This document shows, piece after piece, positions 8,999-18,246 of a DNA stretch of 57,674 bases. This DNA is from a virus (taxonomy: Duplodnaviria > Caudoviricetes). Positions within the stretch are counted from its first letter, which is position 1. The number at the start of each line of letters is the position of its first letter. The DNA is taken from the IMG/VR virus record IMGVR_UViG_3300023198_000698, positions 1 to 57,674 of that record; one strand, given 5' to 3'. The notes under the pieces were generated by a model. It was given only the letters and a program-made list of their open reading frames with translations. It was not told where the DNA came from and did not search any database. A program made the translations under genes and the position numbers.

Positions 8999-9859
8999 TT
9001 AGAACGGGATGTCATCTTCCGGGATGTCGTCCTCGGTCGGTCCAGCCGGCGGGAGCGGCGGGTTCGGTTCGGGTTCGGGTTCCGGCGGAGGCGGAGGAGG
9101 CGCCGGCGGCGGAGCAGATCCCCCGCCTTTGATCGAGGCGATGATCGGCACGACCGACCGGACAGGCATCTCGGAGACCAGCTCCGGACGGGTCTGGAAG
9201 CTCCCGGAGATGTTCAGGAAGAAGGTCGTCGCCAGTGCCTGGACGTCCAGCTCGACGCCTTCCTTCTCCATCTCAGCCTTGACATGCTTCGCGGTGTGGG
9301 CGGCGAGGATGTAGGCGTTCGCGGATCTGGCCAGATATTGCCGCGATCGCATCACATGCTCCCGATCCGCGGGGTCAGACTGGGCCAGAGGCGCTGAATT
9401 CGGGGCGCTACGGGGGGCAGGAGCCATTTTCCCGGCTTGGGTGGTGGCAGTAGAGCTGGGAGCCGCTGCGTAGCCTCCTGGGACGATTGTGGCGGTCTGG
9501 GTGACCAGCAGGACGCGCTCGGTGACTTCGTGCGCTTCCGGGGTGCCTTTCTTGGCGGTGTAGGTGTTGTCCTTCGACTTCAGGCCGAACCAACCCTTGT
9601 CATTGTGGTAAGCCGTCATTATGACGGGTTTGCCGACGGCCGACTTCGGGACCTCGTCGCGGTTCCTGAAGAGCGCCTTCAGCTTAAAATCGCCCTGCCG
9701 GAAGGCTACCTTCTGGAAGGATTGAGAGTTCGCGTCCCCGGGCTTCGCTGGGTAGAAGGGTCCGACGTAGTCAAACGTCGCCTGGACGGCGAAGACGACC
9801 TGATCGTCCTGCATCTCGGTGATCTCCTTCAGGGAGGAGGGCTTTAATTGCGTTGCCAT
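8999..9859 (-). CDS. Putative single-stranded DNA-binding protein
   Basis: Beta-rich N-terminus, Pro-rich linker, acidic tail ending DDIPF; GAAAGGA SD before MATQLKP. Confidence 0.7.
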   Translation of the reverse strand: MATQLKPSSLKEITEMQDDQVVFAVQATFDYVGPFYPAKPGDANSQSFQKVAFRQGDFKLKALFRNRDEVPKSAVGKPVIMTAYHNDKGWFGLKSKDNTYTAKKGTPEAHEVTERVLLVTQTATIVPGGYAAAPSSTATTQAGKMAPAPRSAPNSAPLAQSDPADREHVMRSRQYLARSANAYILAAHTAKHVKAEMEKEGVELDVQALATTFFLNISGSFQTRPELVSEMPVRSVVPIIASIKGGGSAPPPAPPPPPPEPEPEPNPPLPPAGPTEDDIPEDDIPF

Positions 9860-9986
9860 AATTTTCCTTTCGTGAGCGGACCTCTGGCTCCGTTCTTTCG
9901 GGATGCCTTTGATCTCGCTGCGTTGTTCTTTCTCATTCCAGGGTGCCGCCAGGATCGGGCCTCCGCTCACATGCGGAGACTCCGTA

Positions 9987-10013
9987 ATATCGGACGGTAT
10001 CGGAAAAACTCAA
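9987..10013 (-). promoter_or_regulatory. Sigma-28-type promoter variant upstream of the SSB gene
   Basis: TTGA-GTTTT...(N15)-TCCGATAT. Confidence 0.55.
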
Positions 10014-10018
10014 GCGAT

Positions 10019-10145
10019 AAAAAAAACAGGGGAGCAGGAGGCGCTGCCGGTGGCGCTTTAGAAGGGTGTTATCAGCGTCCAGTTATGCAGTACAAACGCC
10101 AAGGAGATCGCGCCAGGAACCGACATCCTGCTCCCCCGAGGGGAG
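10019..10145 (-). ncRNA. Candidate structured RNA or terminator-antiterminator
   Basis: 11-bp closing stem (10029-39 with 10126-36), nested stems with G-U pairs only on the minus strand, U8 tract, competing hairpin at 10131-10145. Confidence 0.5.
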
Positions 10146-10187
10146 GACCAACCATACACCGCGCCGGCCGGCTCCGCAAGTGCCATC

Positions 10188-10664
10188 CTACGAGATCAGC
10201 TTCTGATAAAGTTCGTCGAATTCTGTCGCCTTCGGGGTGAGGTCTGGCCTGCCGTAGCCGTGCGGTATTCGGAGTTCCCTCAGAAGGTGAGCGTGTAGGA
10301 CCTGCCGGCATGGACTCCCGCCGAGCCATTGGATCGCGTCCGTGATGCAGCCGGTCCTCTCCAGGAGCGCGGCTTGGATGATCAGCTTCATCCCGACCTG
10401 CCAGCGGGTGAGGTCGTCCTCCGGTTGAATGCAGCGGACGATCTGCTGGAGGTCTGTCCGGGTGACCGGAAGGGGAGGAGGCGGTTTGATCTGCCGGTCC
10501 GGGAGGAGTGCGTTCTCCCCGACCTTCCGGAGGATGTTCTCGACGAGCGCCAAGATTGAGAGGAGCAGCCATCGCCGGCGTGGGTCCCGCTCATGTCGGG
10601 CGGCGACGGCTGCTTCCTGAAGGATTCCGCGTTCGGTCTGCTGGGCCGTCACGCTACGGGACAA
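10188..10664 (-). CDS. Hypothetical protein
   Basis: 158-aa ORF ending the late operon. Confidence 0.55.
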   Translation of the reverse strand: MSRSVTAQQTERGILQEAAVAARHERDPRRRWLLLSILALVENILRKVGENALLPDRQIKPPPPLPVTRTDLQQIVRCIQPEDDLTRWQVGMKLIIQAALLERTGCITDAIQWLGGSPCRQVLHAHLLRELRIPHGYGRPDLTPKATEFDELYQKLIS

Positions 10665-11238
10665 GCGGAGGAGGTGGTCCGATGATCGTCGGAGCGATCA
10701 GGTTCGAGGACGCCGGCGGATCGACAAGCGGCGGGATAGGCGAGGCGCCTCCCGCCTCGATAATCCCCCTATTGATCATCGTCGCGATCGCGTCGGTAAG
10801 ATGCCAGACCCATTTCTCCGGGTCCATCTTCACGTTCCAGCGGTCGCTGTAAAAGATCGTGTAGATCCCGATCAGCGCGTTCTTCGCGTCCATCACCGCT
10901 TGCGCCCAGTCCTCCTGCATCGGTAGAGTTCCGAATCGGGCGTCCAGGGCCTCGGTAACCACGAAAGGGTTCCACGCGCCAGAGTCCCTGGCATCGGAAA
11001 ACACGTCTGCGATCGCCTGGAAGTAGTTCGTCGATTCCGGGTTCCGCACAATGACCCTGCGGATAACACCAACGGTAAGCGGCTGGATCGCTGCCTTAAA
11101 CTGCGCTGTTTTCGTTGCGTCGTAGACGGGGTCACCTCCCCCTTGCGGCGTCGTCATGCAGCCGGTGAAGGTAAAGGTGATTATCAGGGCGATGATGGCG
11201 ACGGCGAACTGCCATCGCTTACGGAAGTAGTTTCCCAT
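10654..11238 (-). CDS. Predicted lipoprotein (possible lysis or spanin role)
   Basis: Basic N-terminus, hydrophobic stretch, lipobox-like FTG-C, Pro-rich C-terminus. Confidence 0.7.
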   Translation of the reverse strand: MGNYFRKRWQFAVAIIALIITFTFTGCMTTPQGGGDPVYDATKTAQFKAAIQPLTVGVIRRVIVRNPESTNYFQAIADVFSDARDSGAWNPFVVTEALDARFGTLPMQEDWAQAVMDAKNALIGIYTIFYSDRWNVKMDPEKWVWHLTDAIATMINRGIIEAGGASPIPPLVDPPASSNLIAPTIIGPPPPLVP

Positions 11239-11720
11239 TATTCTGCTCTCTTTCTGTTTTGTTCCAGTTGCGTCATCCGTTCTCGCAGGTCGCTCAGTCG
11301 CTGATCCGCGAGTTCTTTCAATAGCTCACCTTCGCGCTTCTGGTGAGAATTTACAAGTGAGATCTTTTCGGCGAGCCATTGCTGGCCCACTTCCAGGGTC
11401 CGGGTCCGCGATTCCAGGGAGTATTTTACAAGACCAGCAGCCAGGACGCAAACAGTAGCGGCGAGGCCGAGGACGCGGACCCAAGGGATCTTGGCGTCGT
11501 TCGAGATCCGCTCGGAGTCCCGCTTGGCGGAGGCGTGGACTTCTCGAAGGCGCTCGTTCCATTCAGAACCGGCAGTCCGGAATTGCAGGACAAGATCCTC
11601 AAACTGCTTCGCCGTATGCTCAGCGTATGCAGCAAGCTCCGCTTCCATACGAGCGATAGCCGTCTCGGTCGCTTCGAGTCGCTCGATGGTTCTGTCTGAA
11701 GGGGTGGTGTCATTGGCCAT
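11238..11720 (-). CDS. Single-TM coiled-coil membrane protein (possible holin or spanin)
   Basis: TM segment IPWVRVLGLAATVCVLAAGLV flanked by coiled coils; lysis-cassette position. Confidence 0.6.
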   Translation of the reverse strand: MANDTTPSDRTIERLEATETAIARMEAELAAYAEHTAKQFEDLVLQFRTAGSEWNERLREVHASAKRDSERISNDAKIPWVRVLGLAATVCVLAAGLVKYSLESRTRTLEVGQQWLAEKISLVNSHQKREGELLKELADQRLSDLRERMTQLEQNRKRAE

Positions 11721-11727
11721 TGTTCTC

Positions 11728-12702
11728 CTAAAAACTTAGCGGATTTGCCACAAGGAACGTGGTTTCTGAGCCGAATACCGGATCTTTGGTTACATCGCAT
11801 CGAAACGAGGCGTTCATCATAACGTCTTGCTTGCCGACTGGGACCGGCTCCCCGGCTTCGACATAAACCTGGAAGGCGTCCAGGGTGACTCCGTCCCAGA
11901 TGCCGCCATCCGAGACGTTGGCCGAGATGGTCAGATGAAAGGGATCTGCCGACCTCATTAATGCTGCCAGATCTACGGTCGTAGTATCCCAATATTGAAT
12001 GATCGTCCCGGTCAGGCTCATATTGCCACTCCGCGCCCACCTTGTCGCCACTCCGTCCGGGCCGTGGACCCCGAAGGTTTTCGGGTCGGTCCATTCGAAA
12101 GAGGCTTCCTGGATTTGGCTGGCGGCAATAAAATTAAACGAAACAGAGATGTTCGGTGGGGCGGCTACGGATCTAGCGTAATCCTGAGCCGTTGGACTCC
12201 ACACTGGATCGGCTCCCAGCTCGGTTCTCGAAGCGGCCTTCCATCCGACCGTGATCTTCGCGACCTGCCCAGCTCGGAACGTCCACCGCATCCGCTCGAT
12301 CACGACCCCGCGATAGAGCGCCCAAGGTCCGCCGTCGAAAGCGAAAAGGAGCTGTCCGGTCTTGGGGACTTGGGCGTGGGGCGCCCGAAACGTCCAATGG
12401 AAATTCCCATTGCCTACGACCGCGTTTACAAGCTCCAAAAGGCATCTGACAAGGGGAACAGTTTGCAGGAGTCTAGGGTCGTATTCCATCTCGAACGTCC
12501 CGGCATAATTCTGGACGCCGATCGCCCGGGTGGTCGGGGTCCTCCAGGCGTTGACCTTGGTGGTCGTGCGCTTCTGATCCGTGTCAATCTCCATGCTGTT
12601 AAAGCGGAGAAGGAAGTTCTCGGCCGGCTCGGTGGCCTGAAGGAAGCTTGTCTCCTCCAGCCCGAACAGGGCAGACCCCGCAAATTGTTCTTTGACTGCC
12701 AT
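11728..12702 (-). CDS. Second tail-tube-like protein (paralog of 25626-26780)
   Basis: Colinear motifs shared with the main tube protein, e.g. SLTGTIIQYWD vs NLTGTINAYFD and DVMMNASF vs DVMVDLEF. Confidence 0.7.
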   Translation of the reverse strand: MAVKEQFAGSALFGLEETSFLQATEPAENFLLRFNSMEIDTDQKRTTTKVNAWRTPTTRAIGVQNYAGTFEMEYDPRLLQTVPLVRCLLELVNAVVGNGNFHWTFRAPHAQVPKTGQLLFAFDGGPWALYRGVVIERMRWTFRAGQVAKITVGWKAASRTELGADPVWSPTAQDYARSVAAPPNISVSFNFIAASQIQEASFEWTDPKTFGVHGPDGVATRWARSGNMSLTGTIIQYWDTTTVDLAALMRSADPFHLTISANVSDGGIWDGVTLDAFQVYVEAGEPVPVGKQDVMMNASFRCDVTKDPVFGSETTFLVANPLSF

Positions 12703-12705
12703 CGG

Positions 12706-13023
12706 TTATTTGTTGGCTGTTGGGTTCTGCGCGACCGCAAGGGATCGAGCCTCTTCCATCGCAAGCATGATCTGACCCTTGCCCATGTTCACAAGGCGGC
12801 GGTCCCTCTCAAGGATGCCGAGGATCGTCTGATAGTCGTCCGGAGCGAGTTCAACCTTTCCTTGCCGGTGGAGCGCGGTCGCAATGTGGAGCAGCTTGAC
12901 GGCTGGGCCTTCGCTGCTTTTCATGAGGGCGTCCGCCAGGACTTTCGCCGCGGTGCTCGCAGGTTTCAATGGTTCTCCGTCCAGGTCGGTCAGGTTCTTC
13001 GTTAGGTCGATTTTTATTTGCAT
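12706..13023 (-). CDS. Hypothetical protein (possible fibre chaperone)
   Basis: 105 aa from MQIKIDL; follows the fibre gene. Confidence 0.6.
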   Translation of the reverse strand: MQIKIDLTKNLTDLDGEPLKPASTAAKVLADALMKSSEGPAVKLLHIATALHRQGKVELAPDDYQTILGILERDRRLVNMGKGQIMLAMEEARSLAVAQNPTANK

Positions 13024-13067
13024 AGGCTTGACAATATCACGGTGATCGGTTCGGTGCAAGCAACCCA

Positions 13068-14099
13068 TTAATCTTGAATGCGGATCGCTACCATGTGGAA
13101 GTGCTCGATGACGATGGTCGTAGTATTCGTCTCGTTGGTCATGGCGAACGAAAGTTCCTGCGATGCCGTCAATGTCATGATGGAGCATCCGCTCATGGAG
13201 CCGGTATCCCCGGCAGCGTTCAGTCTCCGCTCGCCTTGCGCGTAAACGGTTCCCACGACCGAATCAATGATGATGCCCCCCTCGCAGGTCGAGTTCGTCG
13301 GTCCCGAGAAATTGCAAGACCATGTGACAAAATAGTTCCCGGCGTTGGTCATGTCCAGCGCGTGAGCGGTGACAAGGGTCGCCTGATACAGGTTCCGGCT
13401 TCCGAGTCCGGTCGTGATCTCGTAAAACGTCCCGGCGACGGCGATTGTCCGGTTCAGGCTCGCGTCATTGACATAAAGCTCCCCGCTGGCGAGGTTAAGC
13501 TCGGTGTTTCCCTTCAGGGTGTTCGTGACCCCGGTCGCCACTTGGTTAATGATCCCGGCGGTGACGGTGAAGTCCCCGGCTGTCACGGTGAAGTCCCCCA
13601 CGTCCACCACAAAATTCCCAGACAATAGGCTGAAGTGCAGCCCGTTCATATAAAGCGGTGATGGCTCGAACCGCGCCCCGGTCTGATTCCAAAACGGGAA
13701 GCGGAAATTGTGCGTTGCGGTCGTGAGGTCCGTCGCTTTGAAAAAAGCCCTTCCGAATGCTTCATTGGCTGCGTAGTCGGTGCGATACATTTTCATCGTT
13801 ACCCCGCCGCCCGTGTCGGAGCCCCCAGACACAGAGACTTGAAGGCCGCTGGTGAATACCGTTATTACAGATGTTGTCCCATCCGGCCATTCAATAGTTG
13901 CCCCAACGTCGTCGGCTCGGAAACCGTCTTTCGCTGCCCCTGGCGTGTAAAGATAAACGATCCCCGAAAATTGTTCGGCGTTCCATCCCAAGGCTGGCGC
14001 CCAAATGTCTTCGAGCTGATTCCAGTTCCCGTTCACGATAGCGTTCAGGTTCCCGGAGCCGTCCGGGTGATTCTCAAGTCCTGCATTGTAGAGTTGCAT
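13068..14099 (-). CDS. Putative tail fibre or receptor-binding protein
   Basis: Follows the tail tip gene; GDFTVTA repeat; C-terminal beta-sandwich resembling C1q/BclA-like heads. Confidence 0.7.
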   Translation of the reverse strand: MQLYNAGLENHPDGSGNLNAIVNGNWNQLEDIWAPALGWNAEQFSGIVYLYTPGAAKDGFRADDVGATIEWPDGTTSVITVFTSGLQVSVSGGSDTGGGVTMKMYRTDYAANEAFGRAFFKATDLTTATHNFRFPFWNQTGARFEPSPLYMNGLHFSLLSGNFVVDVGDFTVTAGDFTVTAGIINQVATGVTNTLKGNTELNLASGELYVNDASLNRTIAVAGTFYEITTGLGSRNLYQATLVTAHALDMTNAGNYFVTWSCNFSGPTNSTCEGGIIIDSVVGTVYAQGERRLNAAGDTGSMSGCSIMTLTASQELSFAMTNETNTTTIVIEHFHMVAIRIQD

Positions 14100-14105
14100 A
14101 TTTTT

Positions 14106-16730
14106 TTAGCTGACGTTGAATTGTGCGAACCGAACCGACCGCAGTCCGTTCTGAGCCGAGAAAACCCGGACGATCTTCGCCCCGCTTGTCTTGGCTACTG
14201 ACAAGCTTACCACACCAGTCGCCGGATCGTCCAGAACTGGAACCGTCCAGGTGTGCGGGTGAACCGTCGGAGCCGTGAGGACCGTCTCGTCCTGTTCGAG
14301 CTGCTCCACAAAAAAGCTTTGTTCCATCTCCAGGATGGGAGTCGCCATTGCTTCGTAGAACCGCTGAACGCCGGCGCCGGCCGTCGCCCACAAGGGGCGG
14401 ACCTTCAGGGTCATTGTCCCGCCGTCCGTGAGGGCGTAGAACTCCGGAGCCAGTGGGCGGAGGCCGAGTCCGTAGTAGGTCGCGTCCGGTTTGAGCTGCA
14501 GGTTCGAGGCTCCTCCGGTGTATGTCCCGTAGCGGCTGATCGGATGGCCGCGGAAGTAGTAGTCCACGTCCTTCTCGATCAGGGTCGTGATCACCCCGTC
14601 CCGGCGCGTCGGGAAGAAGAAGACGTCCTCGTCCACCGCATGAGCGCGGATCGGTGTCCCGAACAGGCCCCGGACGATGTTCCGCATTTTCACCGTGTCG
14701 GAGTCCACCGTCTCGAAGACCCCGACCCCGATGATCTCGTCCGCGATCACCAGCAGGTTCGTAGCGGAGGCGGTGACGTCCTCCAGGTCGTCGTCCGGGG
14801 TGTCGCAGGTGGTTACGGCGATGAAGTCCGCCAAGTCGTCGGCGTCCGTAAGGTCGATATTGAATCCCCCGGTTGATCGGTCCCAGAACTGCCCCGTGGG
14901 GATCGCGGTCTTCAGGACCCCGGTGAATGAAAAGCAAGGGTAGGTCGCGATCAGGTCGAAGTTCGTCCCGTCCGTCCCGTAGACGTGCTGGATCGAGATC
15001 GCGCTCCCAATCGGCTTCTGTCCGGTGACGACTGTCCGCGCCTGAACCATCCCGGTCGCGATCGCTGGCATCTCGAAGACGTGAGCTGGCGAGATCGGGT
15101 CCTCGATCTTGACGGGGTCCTCGGTCAGGGTGACTTCCCCCTCGTCGATCTCCTGCCAGCGTTCCCAAGGGTAGTATCCAGGGACCTCGGCGATCGTTAG
15201 CTCCTCGCCATCGACCGGCGAGAGGAGCTGATCCTCGACCGCGGTGATCTTTATGTTCTCGGAGTCGCTGGCCCCGTCCTCGATCGTGAGGATCATCCAG
15301 TAAGTCGTCGTGATGTTGTCCCCGAATTCGTTCCAGACGACGCGGGTGATGTCCCCGACCTCAATATGGCTTTTGTAGCGGTTCATCTCCCAGGTCGCCG
15401 TCATGTAAGGGTAGGACAGCTCCGAGAGGATTCGCTGCGCCTGCTGCAGGGAGAGGTTGAACAGGGAGAATCCCGAGAACTGGATGCGGGTCGGGGTGAC
15501 GCGACCGCCGACCGCCTCACGGTTCGCGATGTCCTGGATGTGGACGATGTCCGGGCGATATGATCGGGTCTGGCTCTGGAACTCCGCCCGGACCTCGTTG
15601 ATCGTGTTCGACCACATCGGGCGGTTGACGGTCAGGTCAGAGATCTCGTCCTGATTCAGGGTCTGGATGTATTTATGGGTTTGGCCGACATCCATGAGGC
15701 AGCGCATTTTATACTGCTCCCCGTCCCAGGTGATGATCAGCTTCAGGTGGCGCCTGATCCCCTCCAGGACGTCCGCGATAGACTCCGCCCTGTCCAGGGT
15801 GAAGGACATCCCGATCTTCTTCAGGAGGAAGAACTCGGAGCAGAGCGCGAAAGAGTCTTCATTGATGATGTCCGAGGAGAGGCCGCGCCCCCAGATCTTG
15901 TTCGTGAGGATCTCGTAGACGATCGCCGCGGGGTTCGCTTGCCAGTATTCCACGTCCGAGGCGTTATCACTCGCCCGGGTCTGGATCTCGTCGACGTTGG
16001 TCAGGTCGTCCCGTGTGCAAACCGGCATCCGGCGAACCACGAACTGGAAGGTCGGGACCGTCGGCGATCTGCCATAGGTGAACTTGCCGCCGATCCCCAT
16101 CATGGCGAAGCAGAGGTTCGGATAGTTCATCCCGAGCGACTGATAAACGTCCCCGGATGCGACACGGGTCTGATCGGACGCCCCCCGGTAGACTCTGGAA
16201 GCGCCGAGCTGGGAGTCCGTCCCGGAGAGGCTGAGATCCGCATAGTCCCCGGAGAAGATCGTCCAAAGATCAGGAGTTAGCATCTGAACCTCCCCCGGCA
16301 TCGAGTAGATCTGACCAATCTGATCGACCGGCCCCATGCAGATCCCAAGCTCGAAGTTCAGCTTGTATTCGTAGCCTGTCACCTGCTCCTCCCCGCCGCC
16401 CCCCATCCCGCCCTTGCCGCCGGCCGGCTTCTCGGTGAGCTCGGTGATCTCGTAGGTGTCCGGGTCGTAGTGGAGATGATTCGGCGCGACCCGCATCTCC
16501 CCGAAGACGACCGGGACCGGCGCCCCGACGACGGTCGTCGCCATCTTCAGCTCGGTGTTCCGCGCTCCGTCCTGATCGCTCGCCTCAGGCTGGAACGTGA
16601 GGGAGTAGGCGCCCCCCGCGATCAGCATTGCAGCAGTAAAGAGAAGGTAGAGCTGTCCCGTGTAGATCGCGACGACGCCGATCACGGCTCCGAGGACAAT
16701 CCCGCCTATTCCGCCGGCTTTTCCCGACAT
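14106..16730 (-). CDS. Tail tip / host-specificity protein (gpJ- or GTA-type)
   Basis: GAPVPVVFG, GICMGPVD, ANPAAIVYEILTN, NIVRGLFGT; start set at MSGKAGG. Confidence 0.85.
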   Translation of the reverse strand: MSGKAGGIGGIVLGAVIGVVAIYTGQLYLLFTAAMLIAGGAYSLTFQPEASDQDGARNTELKMATTVVGAPVPVVFGEMRVAPNHLHYDPDTYEITELTEKPAGGKGGMGGGGEEQVTGYEYKLNFELGICMGPVDQIGQIYSMPGEVQMLTPDLWTIFSGDYADLSLSGTDSQLGASRVYRGASDQTRVASGDVYQSLGMNYPNLCFAMMGIGGKFTYGRSPTVPTFQFVVRRMPVCTRDDLTNVDEIQTRASDNASDVEYWQANPAAIVYEILTNKIWGRGLSSDIINEDSFALCSEFFLLKKIGMSFTLDRAESIADVLEGIRRHLKLIITWDGEQYKMRCLMDVGQTHKYIQTLNQDEISDLTVNRPMWSNTINEVRAEFQSQTRSYRPDIVHIQDIANREAVGGRVTPTRIQFSGFSLFNLSLQQAQRILSELSYPYMTATWEMNRYKSHIEVGDITRVVWNEFGDNITTTYWMILTIEDGASDSENIKITAVEDQLLSPVDGEELTIAEVPGYYPWERWQEIDEGEVTLTEDPVKIEDPISPAHVFEMPAIATGMVQARTVVTGQKPIGSAISIQHVYGTDGTNFDLIATYPCFSFTGVLKTAIPTGQFWDRSTGGFNIDLTDADDLADFIAVTTCDTPDDDLEDVTASATNLLVIADEIIGVGVFETVDSDTVKMRNIVRGLFGTPIRAHAVDEDVFFFPTRRDGVITTLIEKDVDYYFRGHPISRYGTYTGGASNLQLKPDATYYGLGLRPLAPEFYALTDGGTMTLKVRPLWATAGAGVQRFYEAMATPILEMEQSFFVEQLEQDETVLTAPTVHPHTWTVPVLDDPATGVVSLSVAKTSGAKIVRVFSAQNGLRSVRFAQFNVS

Positions 16731-17317
16731 AATCTGATAGCTCTCTTTGGTTCGATTTTGAATCCGGGGTGAACGATCCGGACCAGACAATCAGCTTCGT
16801 GCTTCCAGTGGTTCCAGGGCGATCGAATGACTGCCCTTCCGGAGAGACTATGCCACACAAGCTCCGGGGTGTAAAAGCCACAATGCGCGGAGGTCTTGCC
16901 GGTCTTGAAGATCACGATATCCCCGAACTCCGCCTCCCCCGGGTGACGCTCCTCGCTGTAGCAGGCGGCCAGGAAGACGCGCTTCAGGTAGTCGGACGGA
17001 TTGAAGGTCCCGTCCGTGAGCGTGTAGCGGCCGAGGTCGGCCGGCGGAAGGACGCCGCTGTCTATCAGGACCTCATGGACAAAATGAATGCAGTCGATCC
17101 CGGTCGGGTGAACGGCGACTCGGTTCACATGCGGGACCCCAAGCCACTTCTCGCAGGACGCAAGGGCCTGCTTCTGGCGCTCCGGGAGGCTGAACTGGAA
17201 GCCGGTCCAGACCTGCGCGGATGCTTGGAGCTGGGTCTTCACCTCGTCCGGCGATGGCTGCGGAGACTTCTTTATACGCTCCATCCTATCGACGAGCCAA
17301 TCCGGGGCCTGAGTCAC
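16706..17317 (-). CDS. Tail-associated NlpC/P60 peptidase
   Basis: WLGVPH, GIDCIHFV, GDIVIF, AHCG; sits between hub and tip genes. Confidence 0.88.
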   Translation of the reverse strand: MTQAPDWLVDRMERIKKSPQPSPDEVKTQLQASAQVWTGFQFSLPERQKQALASCEKWLGVPHVNRVAVHPTGIDCIHFVHEVLIDSGVLPPADLGRYTLTDGTFNPSDYLKRVFLAACYSEERHPGEAEFGDIVIFKTGKTSAHCGFYTPELVWHSLSGRAVIRSPWNHWKHEADCLVRIVHPGFKIEPKRAIRLCREKPAE

Positions 17318-18246
17318 GACGGGATTCCGTTAATGGTTGGGTTGATGTTCGGGATGTAAGGCATCCCGCCGAACTTAGCCAGATTGTTGAAGACGTCCTC
17401 GCATTGCGTGGAGGTCCGAGAGCATCCGCGGAAGACTTTGATCGAGGAGCCGACCTCTATGTCGTTATGCCACCAACCGATATAAAACCGGACGCCTGCA
17501 GACGCCGGCAGGACAAGGGTCCCGTCGATCCGGACCTTCGTGATCACCGTCGAGCCGCTCATGAGGTAGAACAGTCCGCCCTGAAACATCTCGTTGTCGA
17601 TCGCTTCCCCGTCCAGGGTTAGCTCCGCGATGTCGATCGACCGCTCCCTGGAGTCGATCGCCGTGGTTACCGTGGCGATCCGGAAGGCCGTCTGATCCGG
17701 GTCCACCCCGCAGGCTGTTCCGTAAAGGATGTGCTGGCAGGTCTTCTGCCAGAAGTAGCGGGGAATCATCCCGTTGTTCTGCATGATCTGGGAGATCAGG
17801 TTCAACTGGATAACGTATCGGTTGAAGGTGACGTTCGTCACGACGCCTTTAAAGACGACATAAGCGTCCGTGTTCCAGTCCACCGTTCCGGTCGCGATCA
17901 CCAGCGGGTTCAGTCTCGCGATGATCACCGTGATCGGGTCCGGGACCGTCTGCAGGATGTAGGACTTCACGGATGTCGCGAAGCTGCTGGAGTTCACCCC
18001 TATGTCCATTTGAACCTCGCCAGCGTTGATCTCCGATTCCTGCTTAATCGGTGAATGCTTCGCTTGGCAGGCGGTGAATGTTTGCGGTTCCAGTCCGTGA
18101 GTCGCCGGCAGGTTCGTCATCGAGAGATCGACGTCCGCGTTCGTGAAATGGTAGAGGTTGTCCCCGTGAATCACAATGTAGGCGTAAGTCGGGCGGATCT
18201 TCTCTGCCGCCTCTCTCGTTCTGAGTGCTGAAGGGTGGGTCTTCAT
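17314..18246 (-). CDS. Baseplate hub protein (BR0599/DUF2163-like)
   Basis: CQHILYGTACGV and GCSRTSTQCEDVFNNLAKFGGMPYIP. Confidence 0.88.
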   Translation of the reverse strand: MKTHPSALRTREAAEKIRPTYAYIVIHGDNLYHFTNADVDLSMTNLPATHGLEPQTFTACQAKHSPIKQESEINAGEVQMDIGVNSSSFATSVKSYILQTVPDPITVIIARLNPLVIATGTVDWNTDAYVVFKGVVTNVTFNRYVIQLNLISQIMQNNGMIPRYFWQKTCQHILYGTACGVDPDQTAFRIATVTTAIDSRERSIDIAELTLDGEAIDNEMFQGGLFYLMSGSTVITKVRIDGTLVLPASAGVRFYIGWWHNDIEVGSSIKVFRGCSRTSTQCEDVFNNLAKFGGMPYIPNINPTINGIPS

